Shown here one piece after another: positions 51,981 through 62,819 of a DNA stretch of 64,000 bases. The stretch comes from Octopus bimaculoides (taxonomy: Eukaryota). Position 1 is the stretch's first letter. The number at the start of each line of letters is the position of its first letter. The position numbers and the translations under genes were made by a program. The DNA lies in NCBI RefSeq assembly GCF_001194135.2, contig NC_068981.1:97162433-97226432 (forward strand), in the 5' to 3' direction. The notes below the pieces were generated by a model. The model was not told the DNA's origin and did not search any database. It was given only the letters and a program-made list of their open reading frames with translations.

Positions 51981-52021
<41 letters not shown>
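49640..52021 (+). mobile_element. Tx1/L1-like element, module 2: ORF1 remnant, minisatellite, AATAAA and (ATT)n tail
   Basis: TPTKDQIRDALAYIW...TGRVYSIVCLAFKTEDGVWHQS aligns with module 4 VTGAQVQKCLVRTW...RGKKCGAIEV.FGTEEEARFHS. AATAAA at 51968-51973, (ATT)n at 51983-52021. No RT is recognisable. Confidence 0.5.
50701..51358. repeat. 39-41 bp tandem minisatellite spanning a gap
   Basis: Unit AAGAAAGAAAGAATATGACCCCCTCACCAAA(A/G)AGAAAAA; about 6 copies before the gap and 3 after. Confidence 0.95.
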
Positions 52022-52023
<2 letters not shown>

Positions 52024-52205
52024 GGTGGCGAGTTGGCAGAGTCGTTAGCCACCTTAGCGTCTGAGTTCAAATTCCACCGAGGTCGACTTTGTCATTCATC
52101 CCCGGGGTCGATAAATTAAGTACCAGTTGAGTAATGGGGTCGATGTAATCGACTACCCCTCCCCCAAATTTCAGGCCTTGTGCCTATAGTAAAATAAGTA
52201 CCAGT
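52021..52205 (+). mobile_element. SINE family C
   Basis: Begins directly after the (ATT)n tail of the module 2 element. Confidence 0.85.
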
Positions 52206-52559
52206 TAAACAGTAGGGTCTGTTTTCACGTCCTCTGTTGGAATTACGGCATTATTAACGTCTACTATCAGATTAAGCATGAAGGTAGCAGAAAGAACGAC
52301 GCATACCACTACCAACTTCATTGGAGAAAATGACACACCCGATGGCGTTTTAGAAGTTCAGTGTGGCTTTAAAAAGCAGTGTGTGCACGAGAACATCAAT
52401 AATAACAACAACAATAATAATGACAGCGGTAGCACTAGTAAGGGCAACGTTTTTAACAACACCTGTAACAACGGCAGCAGCACAACGACGACAGTAGTAA
52501 TAACAACAACAGCAACAACAACAAGAATAACGACAATGTTGAAGTAATTTTTTGCTGGG

Positions 52560-53120
52560 ATGTGGAGAAATCAGTGCTTCTCGCAGTCCGTAAACGACAA
52601 AGAAGCGCACTTGGCACAGCCCAAGTTATCCCAGCTGACGTTTTGGCAGCAACTGTTCAGAAGACGGTGGTGTATCACCGTGTGTCGGCAATCGTCAACA
52701 CACACCCAAGTGGAAAGAGCACTCAAAAAAATATGGGTCAGTATAAATCGTGCAAAGAGAGTAAGGCAATTCGGGAGAGCTGGAGTTTCTTTTTAAGAGC
52801 GAAGTTCTCGTATTGAAACACTCCTTACTTTCCATACTCGACAAGGAGCCCACCCTCTATCCAACATAATTAGGGAGAAGGACCTATCACCATAAGACAC
52901 TGGGTTGGATTGGTGGCTGTTGGCCTGTGTTATCTTAGAAGGAAGACAGCTTCCTCGACGTAAAATGAACAGAGAGGGAGTTTTGGTTTGAGATCAAACT
53001 GAAGGGTGTGGAAAGGATCCCATAGTGGACTGAAGCTGTGTGTCGCAGTTGAGAGCAGAAGGCCAAGATGCCAATTGTGTGGTGCCGAAGGTCACTTGAG
53101 AGTTTTCTGTCCTAAAAAAA
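52560..53120 (+). mobile_element. Tx1/L1-like ORF1 remnant, module 3
   Basis: Intact CCHC knuckle VAVESRRPRCQLCGAEGHLRVFCP (53069-53110); upstream QVIPADVLAATVQKTVVYHRVS. Confidence 0.75.
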
Positions 53121-53199
53121 TGTGAGAGAGGAAGCTCCTATTAATGTGGACACCAGAGCCCCCATAACAACAACATTAGTATTAGTGGCGAACACAACT

Positions 53200-53450
53200 T
53201 GTTGGCACTCCGTCGCTTACGACGTCGAGGGTTTCAGTTGATCCGATCAACGGAACAGCCTGCTTGTGAAATTAACGTGCAAGTGGCTGAGAACTCCACA
53301 GACACGTGTACCCTTAACGTAGTTCTCGGGGATATTCAGCGTGACACAGTGTGACAAGGCTGACCCTTTGAATTACAGGCACAACAGAAACAGGAAGTGA
53401 GAGAAAGTTGTGGTGGAAGAGTACAGCAGGGTTCGCCACCATCCCCTGCC
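53200..53450 (-). mobile_element. SINE family E, head lost in a gap
   Basis: Reverse complement of 29780-30025. Confidence 0.85.
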
Positions 53451-54732
53451 NNNNNNNNNNNNNNNNNNNNNNNNNNNNNNNNNNNNNNNNNNNNNNNNNN
53501 NNNNNNNNNNNNNNNNNNNNNNNNNNNNNNNNNNNNNNNNNNNNNNNNNNNNNNNNNNNNNNNNNNNNNNNNNNNNNNNNNNNNNNNNNNNNNNNNNNNN
53601 NNNNNNNNNNNNNNNNNNNNNNNNNNNNNNNNNNNNNNNNNNNNNNNNNNNNNNNNNNNNNNNNNNNNNNNNNNNNNNNNNNNNNNNNNNNNNNNNNNNN
53701 NNNNNNNNNNNNNNNNNNNNNNNNNNNNNNNNNNNNNNNNNNNNNNNNNNNNNNNNNNNNNNNNNNNNNNNNNNNNNNNNNNNNNNNNNNNNNNNNNNNN
53801 NNNNNNNNNNNNNNNNNNNNNNNNNNNNNNNNNNNNNNNNNNNNNNNNNNNNNNNNNNNNNNNNNNNNNNNNNNNNNNNNNNNNNNNNNNNNNNNNNNNN
53901 NNNNNNNNNNNNNNNNNNNNNNNNNNNNNNNNNNNNNNNNNNNNNNNNNNNNNNNNNNNNNNNNNNNNNNNNNNNNNNNNNNNNNNNNNNNNNNNNNNNN
54001 NNNNNNNNNNNNNNNNNNNNNNNNNNNNNNNNNNNNNNNNNNNNNNNNNNNNNNNNNNNNNNNNNNNNNNNNNNNNNNNNNNNNNNNNNNNNNNNNNNNN
54101 NNNNNNNNNNNNNNNNNNNNNNNNNNNNNNNNNNNNNNNNNNNNNNNNNNNNNNNNNNNNNNNNNNNNNNNNNNNNNNNNNNNNNNNNNNNNNNNNNNNN
54201 NNNNNNNTATGAAATTCGTTAAAAATTAAAAAAAGGTCACACTCTCTCTAAATTAATTCCACAATCACGGCGCATCACTGAAACCTGACCCACACCAAAC
54301 ACAGACAAATTTACGACAACTCCACCACCCATCTCAACAAAAAGAAAAGACTCACAGGAACAGCACCAGCGGGGGACATAAACATGATATCAACAAAACA
54401 CACCCAACCGAAGCTTTGTGTTTATAAGGAACATATCAAAAACTGATATCTTTTATCGCATGAAAGCCAAACAGTAGAGCAGAAGGTGAGGTTTTCAGGA
54501 GCAGTACTTCCAAAAGGTGCCACAAAATTTGAAAATAGAGTTGGGCTTGAAGATAGACAAAATAATGAGGGGATAATTTCTCCAATGATGTGGTAAACTC
54601 CGGCACAAGGAGACCAACAGTAGGTTTCTAAAGAACTTCCCAAAGGCACCCCAAAATTTCATGGAGGCCAAGTCATCAGGTCGGGATCCCCAATGGGAAA
54701 ACACCCAGTTTCTTTTTCTCCTTTCTACCAAC

Positions 54733-55750
54733 GTGGTAGTTCTGAAAGTGAGGTATATTAATGCACGTAGCCTGAGTTACCCTGGAAATAGGTTCGCTTG
54801 CTCAATGACTTCAGTTCACTAGGTTTGGATGTGATAGCTATCAGCGATGCCAGGATTTCCGACACACCTACTTTAGCACCCATTTTTGGTGACTTAGACC
54901 TTCGTATCCCTTACTTGGTGGGAAGCAGTGCTGTGTCGGAAAGTCTTGGACCTCGAGATACGGTCGATCTTGGACCCGGACAGTAAGTTGGTAATTCAAG
55001 ATGCGACCAGATTTCTTCGGGCCTCTGGAGGTTTTCCTGGGAACGCCCAGCTATTTAGTGTTAGTGGGTGATTAGAACACTTTCTTGGATACACGTCCGG
55101 ATTGAGCGGGGCTAGCTGATAGGAGAGGAGATGCAAAAGTTTCTCAAATCTGCTCAGACATTTCCTGCTGTCTGACAGTTACCGACTGGATTTCCCGAAT
55201 GCAACAATGTAGACATGGTGCACCAAGCTTACAGAGACTGTAACAAATGGTGATTTACCTTGAAAAGGGCGATTAGAGTAGAATCGATAAGGCTTAAGAA
55301 GGTTGTAATGATAGAGAAAACAAGAACAAAGAGGCACTGGAAACTTAGAAGAGGCGCATAGGAAAGCCATTGCAACCAACGTATTCGCAGCGAGATTGAC
55401 GTTCGACTAATTCTTTAACAATTCTTCAACGTGAAGCACAAAAGCTGCAATGTCAAAGCTCTAAGACACGCGGGAACGAAAACCGTCCGATGGGGCCGAA
55501 TAGCAGAGGCGCAATGTGGAAACAAAACCTCAATTCGGTCTTTGGCGCTCCATAATGCACATGTGTTACTCGACTCCAAGCAGGTGTGTAAGGCTTTTCG
55601 GTTGCACTTCGGTCGACTATTCAGATTGAATGGTGAGCCGGAACGCAGGAAAGATGCCGGAAAGTGGATTTCTTTTACAAGTGCTGCAAGAAATCTAGAT
55701 TTCCCCATAGATAAAGATTTAAAACTCGCCAGACAAACTGTAAAAAGAAA
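54733..55750 (+). mobile_element. Tx1-like ORF2 APE endonuclease remnant, 3'-truncated
   Basis: VRYINARSL..[frameshift]LNDFSSLGLDVIAISDA; ILDPDSKLVIQD; LVGD*NTFLD; DSYRLDFPNATM*TW. No RT follows. Confidence 0.75.
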
Positions 55751-56697
55751 TGGGAAAGAGTAGCCTTCAACCCTCCACCTGAGGTGATCGAAAACACTTT
55801 GAGATACCCGGTTACATACCGCTGCATCGGAGTAAAATCGCCCCGGGTAGAAAATGTTACTGGGGCCCAAGTTCAAAAATGTCTTGTGCGCACGTGGGAA
55901 AACAAGACCCACATCACTCGAGGAAAGAAGTGTGGTGCGATTGAAGTGTGATTTGGGACTGAGGAAGAAGCCAGGTTTCATTCCGCGACGGCATTAAGGA
56001 ATGACGAATTCTTCTTAATCCCCAGCTATCGCGGCCAACGCCTCGCTAAAGTTAGGGTAATAAACGTGCCATCAGAAATATCCAACACCTGGTTGGTGGT
56101 AGCCGCCTTGATGAGTATAGAGGAAGAAGTGGCTATCTTGGAGGCAAAGAAAATACCTCAACAAAAATGGTCAGGTATAAGTATGCAATTGACCATACAG
56201 TCTAACCAAATGTATATTGATGAGATACTCGACCTGATAGACCTCCCGGATGGCACCCATTTGTCAGTGATAGTTGGGGGTAGAAAGCCAAGGTGTTACA
56301 TATGTGGATTTGTGACTCACTTAAAGGCTTTCTGCCCTCGAACAAAGAAAAAATACCCACTGCTGCCAACACTTACAAGCATACAAGCACAAAATCAAGA
56401 GGAAGTGCTCAGTACTCCAACACCCACACCCACACCCAAACCAAGACAACGAAGGAATTTACTCCCGGCTGCCATGGAAAGGCAAGCTTCTTCTGAACTC
56501 TCTGGTCCCCCAACCAAAAACAACAACAATGATATGGAGAAAGAAGTGCAGGCCGAATCATGGAAGACTGTAGCAAGAGGGGCCAGGCAAAAAAGGATAG
56601 CCCTATTCGAAGAACACAGAAAAAACAAATTCACAAAAAAACAAATTCACAAAAAACAAATTCACAACTGCAGCCAAATTCACAACCACTCCAACAC

Positions 56698-56745
<48 letters not shown>

Positions 56746-56944
56746 AAACAACATCATCATCATCATCATCATCATCAACAGCAGCAACAAGAAAACAGAA
56801 ACACAGAAACACTCAAAAGCGAGACTACAAAAACAACAAAATATTCCAACTGTATGCAAAATGTATCTATCAATTTCACTGTGGTGGACAAAAGCAACTG
56901 TGAAATTGATGGACTTTATAAACCAAAATAAAAAACAAAATTGA
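55751..56944 (+). pseudogene. Tx1/L1-like ORF1, module 4 (best preserved)
   Basis: One frame from 55751 with a single TGA near 55950: ...FFLIPSYRGQRLAKVRVINVPSEISNTWLVVAAL...IDLPDGTHLSVIVGGRKPRCYICGFVTHLKAFCP (CCHC at 56294-56335), then a low-complexity tail with (CAT)n. Confidence 0.8.
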
Positions 56945-57368
56945 GGCAGAGAGAAAGGAATCTGAAGATTCTATCCTCAAAACGTCGAAGGAAAGATTAT
57001 TAATAAAAACGTCCTCATACGTTTATAAAACAATCCATGAAAAATTCCCAGTTAGTGTTGGGATTTTTAAAAAGACAATAGTTAAAATGCGTTCGAACCA
57101 ACTATCCTCACTGAGTTTAATCCATAAACCTTGGTTTCTGTCTCGGAAATTCTTGCAAAAGGTTGCAAGCGCTGGCTTTTCTACCATCAACCAGGCCGTA
57201 AAATTAAACTTTACGTCTTTAATACTGCACGGAAGTCTTGACTGTCTCATCTTCGAATTTATCCTTCCTTTATAAGGTGTCATACCGATTACCAGAAATA
57301 TCAATCATTCATTTATGTCAGAAATGAACTCTTTCCAACGCTAATATGTATATTGTTTGATGTCTAAC

Positions 57369-57475
57369 TTAAAAGTAATTGATATCATAATTGGTATCGT
57401 CTGGTGGTGGAGTTGGCTTTAAGGATTCGTAAACAATCTTTTGACCAGTTTCCATTTCGATCATATGATCCGTTT
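57369..57475 (-). CDS. candidate terminal exon of an unidentified minus-strand gene
   Basis: Acceptor-like ttctatttattttacaattattttacAG|AA, then (E)TDHMIEMETGQKIVYESLKPTPPPDDTNYDINYF*. No upstream exon found and no homology recognised. Confidence 0.3.
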
Positions 57476-57707
57476 CTGTAAAATAATTGTAAAATAAATA
57501 GAAGGTCGCCACTACCATCAACATCATCGTCATCATCATTACTTCAGTAAAGGTGTGCTGTCGCTGCACAAACGAATGCCACATCGCGTATTTCTGCGAA
57601 TGTGGAATATTTTGCTTTGCGTTTTCTTTAAATATTGTATTAAGAGTTCTCTTAAGCAACATGTCAATGAAGTGTTGGTTTCTGTGTATTATACATGTAT
57701 CTATATA

Positions 57708-59000
57708 TCAGGTCATCCCATAAGTTCTGTCCGAATTTTGAATAAAGAAAACAAGTGATCAAATGTTATATTTAATTGATATTTGATCATCAATGTACTT
57801 TCCCTGATTATCTATGGCTTCCTTCTATCTCTTTACAAGCTTTTTAATCCCATCAATGTAAAACTCTTTTGGTTTCAAAGCAAAGAACTCTGAAATATCA
57901 GTTTCGACCTCCTCCTGGCTTGCGAAAGTTATGTCCCCCAAATGATTCTGTAAATTACGAAACAAATCGTAGTCTGAAGGAGCAAGGTCGGGAGAATAAG
58001 GTGGGTGAGGAATTTTTTCCCAACCAAGCTCTTCGATCTTCTGTGATGTGATCTTTGCAGTGTGAGGTCGCACATTGTCCTGATGAAACATCACTCCTTT
58101 TTGATTCACTAAAGCGGGTCTTCTTTTCTTCAAAGCTTGGTTCAAACGCTCTAATTGCTGACAGTACGCTTGAGCATTGATTGTTGCATTAGGTGGTAAC
58201 AATTTAAAGTGAATTACTCCTTTGCAATCCCACCAGATAGAGAGAAGAGCCTTTTTCCAATGAAGTTCCCTTCTCGGTTGTGGTTGAACTTTTTNNNNNN
58301 NNNNNNNNNNNNNNNNNNNNNNNNNNNNNNNNNNNNNNNNNNNNNNNNNNNNNNNNNNNNNNNNNNNNNNNNNNNNNNNNNNNNNNNNNNNNNNNNNNNN
58401 NNNNNNNNNNNNNNNNNNNNNNNNNNNNNNNNNNNNNNNNNNNNNNNNNNNNNNNNNNNNNNNNNNNNNNNNNNNNNNNNNNNNNNNNNNNNNNNNNNNN
58501 NNNNNNNNNNNNNNNNNNNNNNNNNNNNNNNNNNNNNNNNNNNNNNNNNNNNNNNNNNNNNNNNNNNNNNNNNNNNNNNNNNNNNNNNNNNNNNNNNNNN
58601 NNNNNNNNNNNNNNNNNNNNNNNNNCTGTTCGATCTTCATCTTCAAGGCTGAAATCTTCATTTCTGAATTTTGCAAACCATCTTTTGCGAGTTCTTTCAT
58701 TCAAGTATTCTTTCCCATAAACTGAGTGAATGTTTCGAGTCGCTTCGGCTGCAGAGTTTCCCTTTTTGTACTCATAAAGCATTATGTGCCTCAAATGCTC
58801 TTTGGATACTTCCATGTTAGAAAAGGTTTTAATTAAAGAAATTTTAATTCTATTATTCTGTAAAATAATATTTAATTAGTTTAAATGTACACAAATGCAT
58901 AAAAATAATTTTAAATTCCATTAGACATTCTAAAATACTATCAAATTTCATTCAATTTTTAAAAAATGTAAAATTGGACAGAACTTATGGGATGACCTGA
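57708..59000 (-). mobile_element. full-length mariner (DD34D) transposon
   Basis: 25-bp perfect TIRs TCAGGTCATCCCATAAGTTCTGTCC, TA on both flanks (57706-57707 and 59001-59002), about 1.29 kb including an internal gap. Confidence 0.95.
57759..58815 (-). pseudogene. mariner transposase with a late nonsense codon
   Basis: HTH N-terminus MEVSKEHLRHIMLYEYKKGNSAAEATRNI; catalytic HQDNVRPH...YSPDLAPSDY with exactly 34 residues between the Ds. TAG at 57825-57827 falls where mariners have Trp (KLVKR*KEAIDNQGKY). The middle is an N-gap. Confidence 0.9.
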
Positions 59001-59109
59001 TACTTAGGCTTTGTCGTTTTAATTTCTGCATCGTTTTACCATTCATAAAGTATCTATTATTAATGGGGGTAATTTCAGTTTCCAATTCCCATATTCTAAA
59101 TATTTCTAT

Positions 59110-59440
59110 TTCCAGGTCTTTACTTATTATTACTTTTTAGCATCCGTCTGTCATTAGTGATCGTAGGTAAAGATCCTAGTTGTCTGCTCTTCAGGAACAG
59201 CGTTACCTGTGGCTGAACATTCCAATGCGCGAATGACAGTCTTTGCCACACAAACAGCACTTGTTGGCTATCCCAATGCTGTTTGAGTTGTAGTGTTCTT
59301 TTCTGTGAATCCGCCTTTCTTCTGCTGCTTTCATCAGTCTCTCCCGTATAGGGCATTCGATAGACTTCATGCCTGAGCTGTATGGTATAGAGGACAGGTT
59401 GTTATCCATGCAACACGTTCCCACTCTCCTCGTCACTGAT
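59110..59440 (-). mobile_element. RTE (BovB-like) LINE 3' fragment
   Basis: KAAEERRIHRKE...KCCLCGKDCHSRIGMFSH, the C-terminal CxxC...SRIGL.SH motif, followed by a short 3' UTR GACAGACGGATGC. Confidence 0.85.
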
Positions 59441-59466
59441 GGATAGTTTCTACAATTTCTTTCAAA

Positions 59467-61560
59467 GATTTATTATTATTATTTTAGAAGTAATACATCG
59501 AAGAGGACACAAAATGTTTTCCTACTGGTGTTTGATAAAATCTGGGAAATTTACTTCAGTCCTCCTGTCTGCATATGCCAACATATTCTAGAGACTTGGT
59601 AATGTCTGTTCTATCTCTTTTCTGTGCATCTCCCATAATACTGGTATAGTTAACAGTATAGATAACCCTTCTCATATCTGTTTATATATTCCGTTTTCGT
59701 GAAGACTGCAGCCAGAAATAATATAATTGCTTTTTTTTTTCACAGCTTTCACGTATTCTGTGGTTCATTTTTGTAATCTGTTTTGTAATGTATTTTCAGT
59801 AATTTCTGATGGAAAGTATTTGGTCTGTGCTGAGATCAAAATCACTTCGGTTCCAGCTTTCAGTCATGGGCTTCTCAGCCAGTGCAGTTAATTTTCTTCA
59901 TCGTTTTTAACTTTGCACAGTCTTGTCAGATATTGACTACCAAAGGAATTTTCTTATACAGTCTTAGTATGGCATTTTGTTGTGATATTTTCAATTTAAT
60001 ATTTTGGCGTTTGATAATTTCTGTTATTTCTCCATACCGTACACACTGTCTATTACATTTCTCTCCGTTTTATATTTGTTAACTTTCCTGAAGATGGAAA
60101 ATGTTTTTTTTTCTCCCGCATTCACATTTTGTAGCTATTTGTATTAATTTCTCTCAATATTTCTTTCTCTGCATTTGTATACACTTGCAGTAGCGAATTA
60201 ATTCTATAATAACTTTCCAGCTGCAAATCCTTACTTCTTTCATTTCAACTTCCCAGCATAAATCACACATAGTACGCAACAATTTGCTAGTTCTTTGTCA
60301 TCTTCACATAATCCTTCATAGAGGAGATAGTTGCACATCATTTCCTTGCCCTCCTTCTCTTGTGCAGTCCCGTTTAGCATGTTTATTGAAAGTGTTAGTA
60401 ACAGTGAGTGCATAAAATTACTCAAAAGCTTCCTTCTAAATATTTTTCTAAACCTACTATCCTTACTTTATTTTAATTCTTATCAGTCCAGTGGTAGGTA
60501 CTTTCTATTTATATCAGCTTTATAGTGGCAGGTTCAAAAATCAGTGAGGAATTTTTTGAAATTTCTTATTTTTGGCTCTCCAGTTCACTTAACAACCAAA
60601 GTTTATTTACGATTTCTTTCGTTTGACTTTGTAAAATTGCCCTTTCTTTACTCTTGGCATGTTTGGTATTAATCTGCCTTGTACAGGGAAGTACTTTTCT
60701 CATTGTGAATCTTGCGAGAATCTACGAGTAGGGAACACTGTCAAAAACCTTCAGGTAATCAATTCATATTATGTTCCGAGCTTCGTATCTCCTTGTGTGG
60801 TTTTCAGTTATAGCTTTACCGATCACTAACCGATATTTACAACCATATGAATCTTTGCAACACACCGTCTGTTCTTCTGGAACTATTTCTATTTTTTTGT
60901 TTTTGCCTTGATGAACATTATAGCCTTTGCGGAAATATTGTTAGGGCTTTTTTATAATTCAAGCAAGCAGGATATAAATCTGTTGCTTTGGAGGTTTGAT
61001 GTTTCCTTAGTCTTGTGGGTGTGATTAAGGTACTTCTTTCCTTTCTTGTGCTATTCAAGTGTTACTGTCTGGTTCTGTCAGATGTCGTTGAATATTTTTC
61101 AAATATATGTAGGGTATCTTATAATGATGAAGCTGGTATTACACACCTTCTTTAATTAATATGTTTCCTCTAGTACTAGTTTCTTGCGTTTAAAGTGTAT
61201 GCCGTCATTATGTGATTTAACCAGAATTTTGGAACTTCGTTATTTCCAGTTGCTTTTCAATTCCTATCCTGCAACAGGAACTATTCTGTTATAGTTTAGA
61301 GCTGTTGTTCTTCTTTCGTTGTTGTTACGCTTCTTTTCAACATGCTCGCTTGTAACGATACATCCAGAATTCATATTTGTTTCTCTGTTCATTCTGCTTC
61401 CTACTCTTTCTTTTACTGCAAGCGTTGCATTTATTTGTCTTTTATTTTTTTTTATCTAGTTGTTGGCAAAATCGTTTTGAATTTTGTTGATGTAATGTTC
61501 GCCTTAGTTCAAAGAGGTATTGCTGCTTTTCTTATAAACGGATTCTTTGTGATTTAGAGG
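59467..61560 (-). mobile_element. degenerate R4/Dong-clade LINE (RT region)
   Basis: GCKYRLVIGKAITENHTRRYEARNII*IDYLKVFDSVPYS*IL (= GCKDQL.I.KAI...WIDY.KAFDSVPHSWI) at ~60700-60850; NYLLYEGL.EDDKEL (YMDD region) at ~60300; (TAA)n tail at ~59467. Confidence 0.75.
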
Positions 61561-61608
61561 GGACCTATTGTCTTAAAGGCTTGTTAATTTCGCGTATGTT
61601 GCGTTTCT

Positions 61609-61612
<4 letters not shown>

Positions 61613-61674
<62 letters not shown>
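61613..61674. repeat. (CT)n microsatellite
   Basis: Directly visible. Confidence 0.98.
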
Positions 61675-61678
<4 letters not shown>

Positions 61679-62094
61679 GATTTGTGTCGTTTTGATGTCA
61701 TTCTTTTAAAAAGTTGATAGATATTTTCTATTTTTTGTTCTTTTTGGGTGCGTTTATTTTTCAGAATACTGGTGTAGTTGCTATTCAGTCTGTTCTAGTT
61801 GATTGCTGGCTGGCTGGGCCAGTAGAGTGTTGATAAAGTGTTGTGCAGGAATTAAGCTTTTATATTTTTGAGTTCAAATCGCACTGAAATCGAGTTTCCT
61901 CTCATCTTTCCGAGATCGATACAACAAGCAGCAGTCATGTCTCTGCCATTAAGATAAACAAAAATGGTGGGTAGGATACTCTTGCTGGTAACACCATAAT
62001 CATGCCAACAACATCGTCAGGGTTATAGTAGTACAATTGTAATCAATATTAACAACAACAGCATCATCATGGTCCTCGTCATGACCATCATCAT

Positions 62095-62281
62095 CACCAC
62101 CACCACCACCACCACCACCANNNNNNNNNNNNNNNNNNNNNNNNNNNNNNNNNNNNNNNNNNNNNNNNNNNNNNNNNNNNNNNNNNNNNNNNNNNNNNNN
62201 NNNNNNNNNNNNNNNNNNNNNNNNNNNNNNNNNNNNNNNNNNNNNNNNNNNNNNNNNNNNNNNNNNNNNNNNNNNNNNNNN

Positions 62282-62355
<74 letters not shown>
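62095..62355. repeat. (CAC)n / gap / (CAT)n microsatellite
   Basis: Directly visible. Confidence 0.95.
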
Positions 62356-62819
62356 TGTTGTTGTTGTAATGCGATCTTTTGCTACTGTTGTATCCTTCTT
62401 TTGACGACAATTGTTGCTCTGACAGATCTGTTATATTCCGAAGTCATCGATTGGATGTTTCTATCTGGCACTGTACGACCTCCGGTCGTGCAGTGTTATT
62501 ATCCTCCAAAGGTTGGATCGATATAACGTCCACTCAGTATCACAGTATAATTAGCACAGACACAACTATCAACACAGTCTACACGTACTTTCGACCTTAT
62601 TCCTTCTCACCTTCTGTCGACCGGCTGCTAGTCTATTTATAATGGCTGGGTACTACCACTTTTTACCGGAAGGGGTGTACAGTTTCACTATACAACAATC
62701 ATCCTCCTCATTACAATCCCTCTCCTGCCCCCTGTCCTACCCCCTTCTTATTCCCCTCGTCCTGCCTCCTCCTCGAAACATTTACGAAATCAGAAATCTC
62801 TGGAACGTAGGCAGATGCG

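Noticed and set aside
56955-57020. third hammerhead / Penelope terminus (CTGAAGA...AAAACGTCG)
   Set aside because: No stem II and GAAA is replaced by AAAA; too degenerate to call.
57023-57304. 93-aa minus-strand ORF (MIFLVIGMTP...)
   Set aside because: Non-ATG start, no domain recognised; it may simply be the 3' UTR of the candidate exon at 57369-57475.
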